Origin: Octopus sinensis
Lineage: Eukaryota
Reading direction: 5' to 3'
Assembly: GCF_006345805.1 (NCBI RefSeq)
Contig: NC_043002.1
Span: 58,528,001-58,592,000, forward strand
Length of the DNA stretch: 64,000 bases
Below the pieces are notes generated by a model, which was not told the origin of the DNA, ran no database searches, and worked only from the letters and a program-made list of their open reading frames with translations. The number at the start of each line of letters is the position of its first letter. Positions within the stretch are counted from its first letter, which is position 1. The translations under genes and the position numbers were made by a program. Shown here one piece after another: positions 27,504-41,197 of this stretch.

Positions 27504-28169
27504 TGGAGAAAGGGAAGTGGACGGATGAGGTGGAAGATGAAAGAGATAAATAAGCAGGGAAGATATTATAGGAAATAATACAAAAGAATGAAAGGCTGTT
27601 GGAGGTGGTGGGGATAAACCGATGGGATGACAGACAGACAGACAGTCAGATAGGCAGACGGGAAGGTAGACAGGTAGGAACTCAGACTGACGGATAGATT
27701 GACAGACTGACAGAGTGACAAACAGACAAACAGACTGACAGAGTGACAGATAGACAGACGGATAGACAGATAGACAGACGGGTGGAAAGAGAGAGGATGG
27801 AGAGAGATATAGACAGAGCGGTTGGAAGTGGGTTAAAATAATTTTGGTAATTATGAACCAAATGAGTGAAAATGAAATTAATTACTTTTATACAGAAGTG
27901 TTAGTCTGATATTTCCAGATAAGAGTTGGGTCGTGGTGATCATGCCGATTATAAAATAATTTAATTTTAGGATAAGGTAAATCATTTATTAGGGGTTGTA
28001 TCGTGAGTAGGGTTACGATAACTGACAGAGATGAAAAAAAAAAAAAAAAAGAAAATATTGTAGAGTTGAAGCTACTGGGGGAATTTTAGAGCGATATGTG
28101 ACTTTTAGAAAGTGAACTAATAGAGGCTGATACAGCAAAGAGGAAAAGTAAATAGGATCGTAAAAATAT

Positions 28170-29575
28170 GTACACACAAACAATATCACTTACGCTAATA
28201 GACTAATGAAGGTAGTAAAATAAGTGACAGAAAATACAGGGTTTGATGTAAGATGTCAACTATTTAGTGGGAGTAAATTAACGAGAGAAAAGTATAAATA
28301 ATGAACCATGGTTGAAAAGAAAGATCTTTAGAAGCATAAAAAAGAACAGAGAGTGATCTGACAGTGCAGGAACGAAATGATAACAGCGGAATTATCGGTA
28401 ATATATGACATGCTGAAACAAAAGTATGGTGTTCATTTTAAAGGGTTAACGATCGTACAAGAGGAATCAACACACCGTGTGCAAGTCTAGAAGGCAAAAA
28501 TCTTTCAATATGATCAGAGAATCAAACAGTACAGACAAAACTGACTCTTCAAAGTAGACTAAAACAGATTTTATCAAGAAATAAGGAAACATGAAGATTC
28601 ATGTACCCCCAAATGCTGAGGTGAGTCAAAGATTTTGGGAAAAGATATGAGCCGGGGGAAGGAAACACATAACACTAACGCAGAGTGGCTGCGTAACCTG
28701 AAAGAAACTAATGCAAATCGTCTGCAAGATGATGTTAAGATAAGCAAGGAGGATGTTCAACGTGTAAATAGGGAGATAAGTAACTAGAGAACGGCAGGCT
28801 CTGATGGAGTGAAGGGGTACTGGGTGAAGAAACTTATTGAATGCCAGCCACGAAAAGATAGTAGAACAATTAAGCACATTACTTGAAAAGCACACAGAAA
28901 TTATCGGTTCTTGACCGAGGTCGAACAATATTGTACCAGAAAGGAAATACTGCTGACGACTTCAGACCAATATCCTATCTGCCTATCAATTGGAAGCTGT
29001 TAACAGGAAAAAATTGGCAGATGAAATGTACGTATTCATGGACCAGAATGACATCTTACCATATGAACCAAAAGGTGCGAACTTGTGAGTGCTGTATTCA
29101 GCCGGAGTAAAGTGATATTGCTTTGGATATAAAGAATGCACAGTAAGCAGTAATTGACCAAGTAAAGAAATCAGGTTTATAACATACAGAAAGCGGTCAG
29201 GATCAGATGAAATGCAAAATAAAGACAGAAAACAAAGAAGAAAAAACATCTGGGAGTATAAGAAGATGCACGGCCAATTCTTGAGAGAAATACCAAGGAA
29301 CACAGACCCAGAAAAACGATGGATGCGACTAGGAAGAAACTTACCTCAAATCTGAAACAGAGTCCTTGCACAGGAACAAGCGCTGAGTACTAACTACATC
29401 AAGCAGAATGTGACAAATATAGAATGTGCGATGAAACTGGAGACACAATGAGACATATTTTAAGCGGTTCCAGTAAATTGGCTCGGAGAGAATACAAAAG
29501 AAGACAGCGGAATTGTTCGTTGGGAACTATTTAACAAGACTGGTTTGGAGAAGGCGAGTAAATGCTCTGAACAGG
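28170..29575 (+). pseudogene. Decayed R4/Dong-like (RLE-clade) non-LTR retrotransposon ORF
   Basis: Frame-disrupted motifs: KAKIFQYDQRIKQYRQN*LFKVD*NRFYQEI, AGSDGVKGYWVKKL, GRTILYQKG...DFRPISYLPINWKLLTG, KMHGQFLREI, AQEQALSTNYIK, HI.SGSSKLARREYKRR. Most of the RT core is deleted. Confidence 0.88.
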
Positions 29576-30074
29576 AGGACATGCTACAGACAAAGTCCAA
29601 AAGTGTACATCTAGCATACTCATCGCCGCTGTCAGACGATGTACATCTGCTTCTGATATATTTGTGCTATTTAACGCAGTACGTCCCTAAGAGATATTAT
29701 CACCGGACGAAAATCGGAGTTAATTTGCTTTTGCGATGTATCTACATTATGTATGATACACATATCGCTATTTTAATACATTATTTCTGTTTCACATAAC
29801 AGAATTATCTATGTATGTATGTATGTATGTATGTATGTATGTATGTATGTATGTATGTATGTATGTATGTATGTATGTATGTATGTATGTATGCATGTAT
29901 GTATGTATGTATGTATGTATGTATGTATATATATATATATTATATGTATGTATTATGTATGTCTTAAATACGTTCTGTTTTACAAACGGGTGGTAGGAAT
30001 TTTTTCAGCTAAAAAATACGACAGAAGTTAGTGAAATTAGCATTTGTCAAACCTACAAAAAACTCTGTGTGTGT

Positions 30075-30130
<56 letters not shown>

Positions 30131-30636
30131 TGTGTGTGTATAATAATAAATGCATGTACATATGTATGTATGCATGTATGTATGTATTTAAGAGTACGTC
30201 TGAGGATATACATTCGTATAATATAGGTACAGCGGGTGGGGATTTCCCCCCAGTTATAAGTACCTAAATAGTCGACTCTTCCCACATTTTAATTTTTATA
30301 TTAAGAATGGACAACATACAGTTGGCACTAAATTACCGCCTCAGGCTCAACCATATGCCATGCCACTGAAATCATTTATTATTACTGACAGTATGAATCT
30401 CATAAAATATACAGAGTGCGACAAAAAAACCTTCAGAATCACTACTTTTGACAAACATCCCAATTGCAAACGAAGTTTTATTTTTAATCTAAACCATCTT
30501 TATAATTTTTTTTTTAATATCAAAACATTAGCTATGGGAAAATACCATTGCTAACGGGCTAACTCTTCTAGCACCACATTAATAGTTGTGTTAAATATGG
30601 AAGGTATTTCTGCTGTACGTTATAATTTTGGCGGTA

Positions 30637-30870
30637 AAGGCGGCGAGCTGGCAGACATGTTAGCGCGCCGGACGAAATGCTTAGCGGTAATTCGTCTGCC
30701 ATTACGTTCTGAGTTCAAATTCCGCCGAGATCGACTTTGCCTTTCATCCTTTCGGGGTCGATAAATTAAGTACCAGTTTCGCACTGGGGTCGATGTAATT
30801 GACTTAATCCTTTTGTCTGTCCTTGTTTGCCCCCTCTAAGTTTAGCCCCTTGTGGGCAGTAAAGAAATAT
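30637..30870 (+). mobile_element. SINE family A
   Basis: Near-consensus head and core. Confidence 0.88.
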
Positions 30871-31446
30871 ATAATTTAGGCAGTTGGCATAAATTGGAAT
30901 GGAATATAACACCGTCTTCGGCTTATATTTTTATTTCAAAACGAAAAAAAAATGCTTGAAAAGTTTCAATAATTATTACGAAATATATAAATGATAAGAA
31001 GAATACCGTCAAGATTTTAAAGGAGTAATAAAAGAGATGAACGAGCAGTTCTTAATTGGAAACATGGTGGTGGATTTTTCTTGTTGTACCATGAGGATTC
31101 AGTTGTTCGATCAGACTGAATTACCTGCTCCTGAAATAGCATATATGTGACTGAGTACTCCACAGAGTCGTATGCCCATAATGTATTTTTCAGACAGAAT
31201 AGGTGTTCCACCGTGACACCTTGACACACGCGACACACATATCGTAGTGTGAGTGACAAGGGTGTATCTTCTGAAATGCAGGTACTAATATACCCGATAG
31301 GATTCTATAGTGTCTATTCACCCGATTTCACTCATAATGTATTGATCAACTCGACGATACAGGAAATGACATTTGCCTAAGTTGCCATGTAGTGAGTTTG
31401 AACTCGTGACATCGCGATTGCCGAGCAACATTTTTGAACAGCCATA

Positions 31447-31850
31447 TTCTTTTCTACTCTAGGCACAAGGCCCGAAATTTCTGAGGAGGGTGCCAGTCGA
31501 TTACATCGGCCCCAGTAGGCAACTAGTACTTAATTCATCGACCCCGAAAGGCTGAAAGGTAAAGTCGACCTCGGCAGAATTTGAACTCACAACGTAACGG
31601 CAGACGAAATACCTATTTCTTTACTACCCACAAGGGGCTAAACACAGATAGGACAAACAAGGACAGACAAACGGATTAAGTCGATTATATCGACCCCAGT
31701 GCGTAACTGGTACTTATTTAATCGACCGCGAAAGGATGAAAGGCAAAGTCGACCTCGGCGGAATTTGAACTCAGAACGTAGCGGCAGACGAAATACCGCT
31801 AAGCATTTCGCCCGGCGTGCTGACGTTTCTGACAGCTCGTCGATTTCTTG
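31447..31850 (-). mobile_element. SINE family A, dimeric full-length form
   Basis: Head, core, linker, second core, then a ...GGCCTTGTGCCTAGAGTAGAAAAG tail. Confidence 0.9.
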
Positions 31851-32462
31851 ACAGCCGTATCGCTTCCCAGCTATAGAGGGTTTGTACGTTTTTCAAGTTC
31901 ATTTTGTCAACGTCTCATAATCACATAGCTCTATATTGCTGCCGTTGTTGTCCTCAATCGGTCCTGATCAAACAAATCTTTTTTTTTTTCCCACGAGAGT
32001 TCCGGACCCCAGTTACGAACTCATTTGCATACAGCCAACCAGAGCTCAACTATCAAACTAATTTATGAGCGCATAACAAGTGATGGGCGATAAGATAAGG
32101 TCACTTGGACAAGGAATGACCATGTTTCTTTTCTCTTTTAAGAATGCTTGTTGTTCTTGTTCTTGTTTCAATCATGGCTGCCTCTGTGAAATTATTTGTG
32201 TTGTTGTTTACTTTGTAAAACAGTAAGGGGAGAGGGTTGCTAGCACATCACCCTCTACCCACATTTTTCCTATCCACATCTTTACTATATGGGCCCTAAC
32301 AAAATCCGATAATAAGTGTAGATGCAAATCTATCTAATTGTCTCCTAAAATCAGGCATAACTTGGCGAACGGTCGACTTACAACACCGTTCTTCGTCTTG
32401 AGTTTACTTGGTAGAGTGAGTTTGTTAACGTAACAACAAGGTCAAGGTGAGCTCTACTAGGC

Positions 32463-32568
32463 CAGTGGTTCCCAGCCAGGTTCCATCTGAACCTTGGGGT
32501 GGAGTCTATATAAAATTTGGTTGTCAAAATCATTCTCCGTAGATTAAAAAATGGTCTAAGAGCCACTG
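32463..32568. mobile_element. Small hAT (Charlie-type) MITE
   Basis: Ends CAGTGGTTCCCAGCC ... GGTCTAAGAGCCACTG; flanking 8-mers TACTAGGC / CACGAGGC match 6/8. Confidence 0.55.
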
Positions 32569-32899
32569 CACGAGGCTGTACTTAATGCGCGTCTACCACA
32601 CTGCTTGCTCTATTTAATTGCGATCCATTACGTCTGGAGTTCGTCTCGCAGAAGTCAACTTCCTTTTCATCCATTCGAGATCAATATAATAGAACATCAA
32701 TAAGTGCTGGATCAATTTGATCGATAATATATATTACTACACTCCCGCTAACTCTGTGGCCTTGTGCCAATATCAGAAATCAATATTCATATAAAGCGTC
32801 CTGGATGTGAATGGAATTTTAATGGAAGACGAAGGCCACAAAGAGAATCTTTTGCTCGTTGTCAGAATAAGCAAGGTTAGAATAATGACTATATATATG

Positions 32900-32943
<44 letters not shown>

Positions 32944-33122
32944 CTGTGCGTGTATATGTGTGTATTTATATGTGTATATGTGTATACATACATGCATTCA
33001 TACACACACACACACACACATGTATAATCTGTGTATCTATATGAATGTGTGTATCTATACACGTATATATATAAAACATGTATTATGTATATATGTTTGT
33101 GTATATCTGTCTGTCTATCTAT

Positions 33123-33199
<77 letters not shown>

Positions 33200-33221
33200 A
33201 ATAAATACAAATGAGTGTGTG

Positions 33222-33253
<32 letters not shown>

Positions 33254-34861
33254 TGGATGGATGGATGGATGGATGGATGGATGGATGGATGGATGAATGG
33301 ATGGATGGTTGTTTGTACACATGTATATGTACAATATATAGGCGATCCTTCGATATTTGTCTAGAGTGTCGGTATAAAGAGACGATTCACTCTCTTTTTT
33401 TAGTCTAACCTCTTTATCTATACCATGGAAAAAGGTTGTGTGGGTGAATGACCTTCTCTCTCTCTCTCTCTGTCTCTCTCTCCCCATCTCTCTCTCTCTC
33501 ACACACACACACACATACACACACACACACACATTCCTAATCCTTGTTTTAGAAATATTTTGATTAGAAAAACACTGTTTGTTGTAACCTTTGTTTTGGT
33601 CGGTATTGATTAGTAGAAAGTGTGTTAATGGAAAACTTTTAATGGATTATCGATGTGTTGTCTAAGAAAAAAGAAACTGTATTGTATTTACATTGTGTTG
33701 TATTATAATACTAATATATTATCCCTCACATGACGGGTGTCTTTGGAAATATATTTTTGCCACCAATATCAGTTAATATCGCATACATACAGTAATTACA
33801 ATTTAAGTTTCATCAAATTTGTGGGTGCTTTTACAAAATGATGACTTGCCAGTTTTGTTTTTAGGTGTTTTTGTTGCAGTTTCTTTTATTTTTCATTATT
33901 CCTTGTTTTAAATAAATTTTAAAAATTACACAAAAACATTTAATGAAAGAAAATGAGACAAAAGTATATGGGAAGTGAACATGGCTATTCCGACTTTCGG
34001 AGTGTCGAAAATGGCTGTATCTGATTGGTTGAAATTTAAAAAAAAACAACAACAACAATTTTTAAAGGTCTCTAACTGCTTTATTTTTAATTCCACCACC
34101 ACCAAAGGTATGATTTTCGTAGTTAGCCCGAAATTTCGTCGGCCATTATAATCTGTGCTATTAGTAATTAGCCTGTGTGGAAACTTTTCAAAAGTATCGG
34201 TTCTAGAATTTGAAACCGAAAAGATCTATCATTTCCTTCAATTTTCCTCGTGTGTGTGTGCAGCTTTCTTTTTTGGTGTATTACTTTCTATTATAGAGAC
34301 CAAACATGGAAAACTTTTTACGAGAAATGGGCCGCATGAAATCTGACTCATCATCAGGCGGATTGCATAACTAAAAATCTTCAAAGTAATTTTTCGCTGG
34401 TGGGCCATTCCGAAGCACCAGTGGGCCGCAGTTTCTCCATCAGTGCTATAGACAGTAGTAATGTACGCCATATGTTGTAGAACATGTTTGTGCCGTGCTT
34501 AAAAGTGCTGTCTTCTGTACATTATGCATTACAAATCATTCCCAAGGTACCTACTAGTATACAATGGCGGTTGTTTCAGTTTTCAGCATCCTCCACCTCA
34601 CATTCTCGTTTTCTCGATTTCCAGATATTTTGATAATTTCTACATTTCTTTTACAGCTATATCGTCGTCTGTTGATGTTGATACATCGACAAGGAAACAC
34701 TTCCTTTCCCAGCAGTCCTTGACAGCAATATCCGGCTGATTAACCTTGATCTTCCTACATCTGTGTATTGGTTTATTCCAGTTTCAGATCGCTTTGCTAT
34801 ACTCTGGGATCTATACTGGCTTTATTATCATTGCTGCTGCTGCTGCTGTCGTTGTTGTCGT

Positions 34862-34941
<80 letters not shown>

Positions 34942-34958
34942 TTGTTGTAGAAGTTGTT

Positions 34959-35360
34959 AAGGCGGCAAGCTGGCAGAAACGTCAGCATGCCGGGCGAAAT
35001 GCGTAGCCGTATTTCGTCTGCCGTTACAATCTGAGTTCAAATTCCGCCGAGATCGACTTTGCCTTTCCGCCTTTCGGGGTCGATAAATTAAGTACCAGTT
35101 ACTCACTGGGGTCGATATAATCGACTTTATCCGTTTGTCTGTACTTGTTTGTCTCCTCTGTGTTTAGCCCTTTGTGGGCAGCAAAGAAATAGGTATTTCG
35201 TCCGTCTTTACCTTCTGAGTTCAAATTCCGCCGAGGTCGACTTTGCTTTTCATCCTTTCAGCGGTCCATAAAATAAGTACCAGTTAAACACTGGAGTCGA
35301 TGTAATCGACTTATCTCCTCCCCCAAAATTACTGCCCTTGTGGCAAAATTTGAAACCATT
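34959..35360 (+). mobile_element. SINE family A, dimeric form
   Basis: Two cores followed by a ...GCCCTTGTGGCAAAATTTGAAACC(ATT)n tail. Confidence 0.9.
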
Positions 35361-35416
35361 ATTATTATTATTATAATTATTATTGTTGTTGCTGTTGTTG
35401 TTGTTATTATTATTAT

Positions 35417-36000
35417 TTTCTCTTTATCTCAGGTTTCGTTGGAACTTCTGGAGTCTTGCATGCATAGCAGGTTTACTACCTGCAGCATACAGTACCATTC
35501 TATTCATTCTATTCAGCTATCTAATACTTTCCAGATTATTGTGGCCGTGCCAAGGAAGCAAAACTTTTGTAACAGTTCTACTGGGCACTCTATTCCAATT
35601 TCCTTTATATTCCTCTTGATGCCTTCTGATACTGTTTCCAAGGACCCAACAATAATTGTCACTATCTTCACCTTCATTTTCCATAGCCGCGTTACTTCGT
35701 ACTTTACGGGGTTGTATCTATTTAACTTTTCACCTTCCTTCTTGACTATTCGTGGGTCAAAGGGGCATGCGAAGTCAACTACATAGTATATGTGATGCAC
35801 CATGTCCACAAACACTAGGTCCGGTCTTTTCTGCTCTAGCACTTGATTTGTTTGGACTGGGAAATCTCAGAGGATTTTTCTAGACTCCAACTCTGTCACT
35901 CTCTGCGGTTTGTGCACATACCACGTTTTACCTCTCTCTAGCCCCCACTTTTCACACAGTTTCCAATGTAGCACTTTCGCTATCTGGTCGTGTCGCCACA
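35417..36000 (-). pseudogene. 3' part of R4/Dong-like LINE (restriction-like endonuclease domain)
   Basis: RHDQIAKVLHWKLCEKWG...KIL*DFPVQT...RPDLVFVD...VVDFACPFD...EK...Y...LQKFCFLGTATIIWKVL* shows the PD-D RLE motif, followed by a 3' UTR and (TAA)n tail. Confidence 0.92.
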
Positions 36001-36145
36001 AACTTGTAGTGGTTTTGGGTACATCTAGGGCATTCGTTCGTGATATGGGCAATGGTTTCATCCACTCTATTTCAGATGCGGCACATCAGAGATATTTACT
36101 CATATAATAATAATAACAGTAATAATAATAATAATAATAATAATA

Positions 36146-36177
<32 letters not shown>

Positions 36178-36184
36178 GTTATTA

Positions 36185-36248
<64 letters not shown>

Positions 36249-36249
36249 T

Positions 36250-36420
36250 TGGTTTGACTCAGGTTCGGTTTTATTCCTGATAGGATTTATGTGGGTTACG
36301 GGTTTACTACCTGTAACCTTAGATATCCATAAGTTTTCAGTAGTCTTTCAAGTGCTTAGAAACCTCCTGATAATCTTTGCTGTCCCTAAAAGACAAACTT
36401 CTAGGAGGAACTCTACAGGG
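36250..36420 (-). mobile_element. Short 3' fragment of a related R4/Dong-like LINE
   Basis: PVEFLLEVCLLGTAKIIRRFLST* followed by a UTR and (TAA)n tail. Confidence 0.8.
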
Positions 36421-38980
36421 TATATATATATATATATAGGAGTGGCTGTGTGGTAAGACGCTTGCTTCCCAACCCCATGGTTCCGGGTTCAGCGCCACTG
36501 CGTGGCACCTCGGACCGACCAAAGCCTTGTAAGTGGATTTGGTAGACGGAAACTGAAACTACGACTAAAATCCTTTAAGGCGGTGCTCCAGCATGGCCGC
36601 ATTCAAATGATTGAAACAAGTAAAAGAATATAAACATGTATACGTGTGTGTGTATGTGTATATATATGTCTGTGTGTGTGCGTGTGTGCGTGTGCATGCG
36701 TGCGTGCATACATATATATATATATACATACATATTTATATATATATATAAGGTACAAACACACATGTATACACACACATATTGGACTGCACCGTCTGAT
36801 CGAGGAAATATTGAAAGAGGCTCATATATTAGGCATGCCATAGTGAGTGTGTGTGTGTGCGTGCGCGCACTCTCAAAAAAACAGCCCGGCTTGTAATGGT
36901 TACCAATGGCTATACCGTTATAAAGTTTTCAAGAGTCAAAGGAAGAGGTAACAGGAAAAGGTGCTTATATGTTAGCTAAGACTGACGTTCATCATCAGCC
37001 GAAGGACTCATAAAGCCAGAGGAGCTTAACCCATTTTCCGTAGCGCACAAGCGCGTTAACTCTCCAACTATTGCGAGAACTCATTTACAACCGAGTGGGC
37101 TGGACGTTAAGTGTTAAAATAGCACAGATTATAATGGCCGACGAAATTTCATGAACACCAGCGAGTGGGACTGTTGTATCACGTGATCTCAGCGTAATTT
37201 GTTCTTCAGCAGCAGCAGTTATCCTACCACCGAATGACTGATCGAAAATCTGTCAAAACGGTATAGTTTAAACTGACTAAATAGATAGTGATGTTACAAA
37301 CATCTGGCGGGTTGTGCATTCAGTTAGCTATTAGCGACGAAAGCAGCCTTCGTAATGAATATTTTTGTGACATATCTGACTGTTTAGTCGGTGTTGGACA
37401 ATTTCTGTTTGACGGGTTTTCGATCTGCCTGCTGCTGATGAAGTACAAACTACGCTGAAATAATGTGATACAACAGTGCTCACAAAATTTCGTCAACCGA
37501 CATAATCTGTGCATTTTTGGCACTCAGCATTTATACGAGATGATTTCTCAGAACGATTGCCACAGTTTATGGCGTTCTTAACAATGCATCCAAATTAAGT
37601 TGGATGTGCAAATTAATATTCGTTACAAAGGTTGTTTTCGTCACTAATAGTTAATATATATATGTGTATGCACACACACACACACATGAACTTTCACCGT
37701 ATCTATTGACTGTAGGAAATAGTCTAACATCGAGGTAGATAAACTCACGGCGGAAAAAAGATGGGTATTATCTATTTTCCAACGTCGGTTAATTCGCTCC
37801 AATATTACACTATTTTCTATTGTCAATAGATACAGTCAAAGCCAAAATTCTATTTACAAAATTCTTACTTGTCAACGTTTCTTAACCAAAGCAGAATGCA
37901 CGCGCGCGCGCACACAGACACAGACACACACACACGAGCAAAGTAGGCCGTCGTTGCCACACAAATTTCACAATAGAATGCCTTTATTTGAGATTTTTTC
38001 ATTTTATGTAGACCATGTCTTCCCCGTCGGATAAGGTCTCCTGATCAGGACGGATTTCTGCATTATTTGAGGCAATTTATAATTCTTTCGCTACTCTAGG
38101 CTCAAGGCTCAAAATTTTGCGGGAGGGAGCCAGTCGACTAGATTGACTCCAGTACGCAACTGGTACTTAATTTATCGACCCTGAAAGGATGAAAGACAAA
38201 GTCACCTCGGTGGAAGAATTTGAACTCAGAACGTAAAGACAGACGAAATACCGCCAAGCATTTCGTCCAGCCTGCTAACGTTTCTGCCTTGAGGCAATTT
38301 GTAATGCCTCGATAAATGAAGTTTTTTTTGTTTCTCCACTTGGTCCATAGATGTTCTTTTATGTTCTTTTATTTGTTTCAGTCATTTGACAGTGGCCATG
38401 CTGGAACACCGCCTTTAGTCGAACAAATCGACCCCAGGACTTATTCTTTGTAAGCCTAGTACTTATTCTATCGGGTCCCTTTTGCCGAACTGCTAAGTTA
38501 CGGGGACGTAAACACACTAGCATCGGTTGTCAAACGATGTTATGGCGGGGGGAAAACACAGACATAAACATATAAATATATATTCATATTTAAAAATAGG
38601 ATAAAATCATTATAAGATTTTATTAAGTAGCGTGAAAAACCTCAATTTTTCTCTTAAATATATTTATTTTTATTGAGGGCATTACTATACATAAATGCCA
38701 CACGCTAGCGGGGACTCTTAAAGTCAAAACTACCAATATAAATAAACACATTGTACCGAATGCGAGGGAATGCAACACTCGAAACGAGTCTCTTAAAAAC
38801 AGAATCCAACTGCATATCATATGATTTCATAATTAGTGCACAAATGCACTTTTTAATCCTCAGTGCAAGCATAATTCAAGATTTATAAAAAATGAACAAA
38901 ACCAACATACCAGACGAATACCCAATGTATCCAGCGTAGCATATAGAATTGTTCACCCTTTACACATTTATGTAAAAGGT

Positions 38981-39077
38981 GGGCTTTTCCGAATTGCATC
39001 TCGGTACAACGTGTTTATTTGTGCTGAATTTTATTCCGAATAAACACGTTGTACCGAGATGCAATTCGAAAAAGCTC
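38981..39077. repeat. Near-perfect inverted repeat (hairpin)
   Basis: A 30-bp perfect stem CGAATTGCATCTCGGTACAACGTGTTTATT extends to 39 bp with 2 mismatches; the loop is 19 nt. Confidence 0.9.
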
Positions 39078-39564
39078 GGGCAGAGAGAAAGAGAGAGAGA
39101 GAGAGAGAAAAGAAGGGATCTTTTCTGTTGCAGTCACAAATTTTGTAATTTTAAAACTAAGTGAAAATTTTCCAATTTGGTATATTGATATAATCTTTCA
39201 CGGTAAATCCAATTCTGTGATTCATTTATTCCAAAACATTTAATAATTTTTACCCAATCAGAAAACAGGATTTGGAAGCTAGCATTTTCTGTGGAATAGC
39301 TGTGTATCACAAAATGAAGGCAAACATTACATCGACTAAGTTTCAAACAAAACGAAAGCAATTGCACGTCAAATCAAGAGAATAATGTCAAGCCGTATGT
39401 GTGAGAGATATACATATACATAGAAACAATGAGACAGTGTGGTAAATACATATACATAAAATGAGAAAGCGTAAAAAACAGAGAGAGACAGATAGACACA
39501 TAGGACAGATAGAGAGAGGTAGAGTAAACGATCTGAAAGTTGAGTTATTTCTGGTATCAAATTA

Positions 39565-39620
<56 letters not shown>

Positions 39621-39920
39621 TATTATTATTATTATTATTATTTACCGCAAACCTTCTCTATGGGACGCGGATTTGGAAATTCAGATCCGTTTTTCTCGAG
39701 GTGGCACCGTTTCAGAGCTTTTTGGGGCTATAAATGCATGCATAAACACACGCATACACTCACATTTGTATAATGTGTGTGTATTTTATATATATATATG
39801 GATGGATGTGTATATGTATACACACATATATACATGCATAAACACACACATGCATGCATACACACATACATACACAGACATACACACACACATATACATA
39901 CACACACACACACACACGCA

Positions 39921-39977
<57 letters not shown>

Positions 39978-40747
39978 ATACCTTACGCTTGAATCGCTCG
40001 CTGCGGGTGATACAAGGCGAAGAGCTTTCCGATAAATGTGAGTCTGTTATGGCGGCAACATTGGGCTTCACTGGGACCGGATAAAGGAGGAACGTTAGGA
40101 AGGGGAAGAAGGAGAAAGAAGAATGATGATGACGACGATGGTGATGATGTTGATGATGACGATGATGATGATGATGAGGAGGAGGAGGAGGAATCGTCTA
40201 AGAGATTGTTTCCACTACTTCCAATATGTTGGTAACTGGGTCAATGGAACGGTTGTTGGCGCTGTCAAAGAATTGCCAATCATGGTAATGAGACACAGGT
40301 GGGGGCCTCCCAGGGAAACATTGCAGGGCGGAACGAAGAAAGAAAGAAAGAAAGAAAGGAAAGGAGATAAATCAATTTCACACACACATACACCACGACG
40401 AAAGTTAAGGTTTTGGTTGGCTCGAAGCTATTATAGACGACACTTGCCAAAGGCGCCGCGGAGTGGAACTCAACCAGAGATCACGTGGTTAGGAAGCAAG
40501 CTTCTTACCCACACCTGCGCCTTCATTTTGTTTTGTTTTTTTTAAATCTAATTATAGGAAATAGATAACAGAACATCTAGAAAAATCTCACTTGTGACAA
40601 GCAGTCGTCTGATAGCGTGGAAGATTCATTTCTTATTCCCGTCATACTTAGGAGTTGATTAATAACTGTAATGATCCTTCCGCTTGATGAAAGGATCAAC
40701 TTAAGTAATAATCTCATTGTATTGTTTTTTCTTCTATTCTGTCTCTC

Positions 40748-40964
40748 GTACCTATTTCTTTACACAGAGAGGACAATCAAGGACAAACAAACGGATTAAA
40801 TCGATTATATGGACCCCAGTGCGTAACTGGTACTTATTTAATCGACCCCGAAAGGATGAAAGGCAAAGTCGACCTCGGCGGAATTTGAACTCAGAACGCA
40901 ACGGCAGACGAAATACCACTGAGCATTTCGCCCGGCGTGCTAACGATCCTGCCAGCTCGCCGCC
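40748..40964 (-). mobile_element. SINE family A
   Basis: Near-consensus reverse-complement copy. Other copies lie near 38085-38290(-) and 41640-41815(+). Confidence 0.88.
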
Positions 40965-41197
40965 TCTGTCTCTCATACCTACGAATCCTACCCCGCAAAA
41001 AACAAAACATCCCAACACTCTTTTTCAAACTACTTACATATAGTGGTTCCCAAAGTGGGCGGTATTGTTCCCCTGGGGGCGGCGGAAAGTTCCAAAGGGG
41101 CGTTAAAGAAAAGTGGGGCAATAATGGGATAGGGATTAATGTAAAAACAACAAAAAAATGGGTTCATTAGGTTAAGTTTTATTTGTGAAATACAGTT

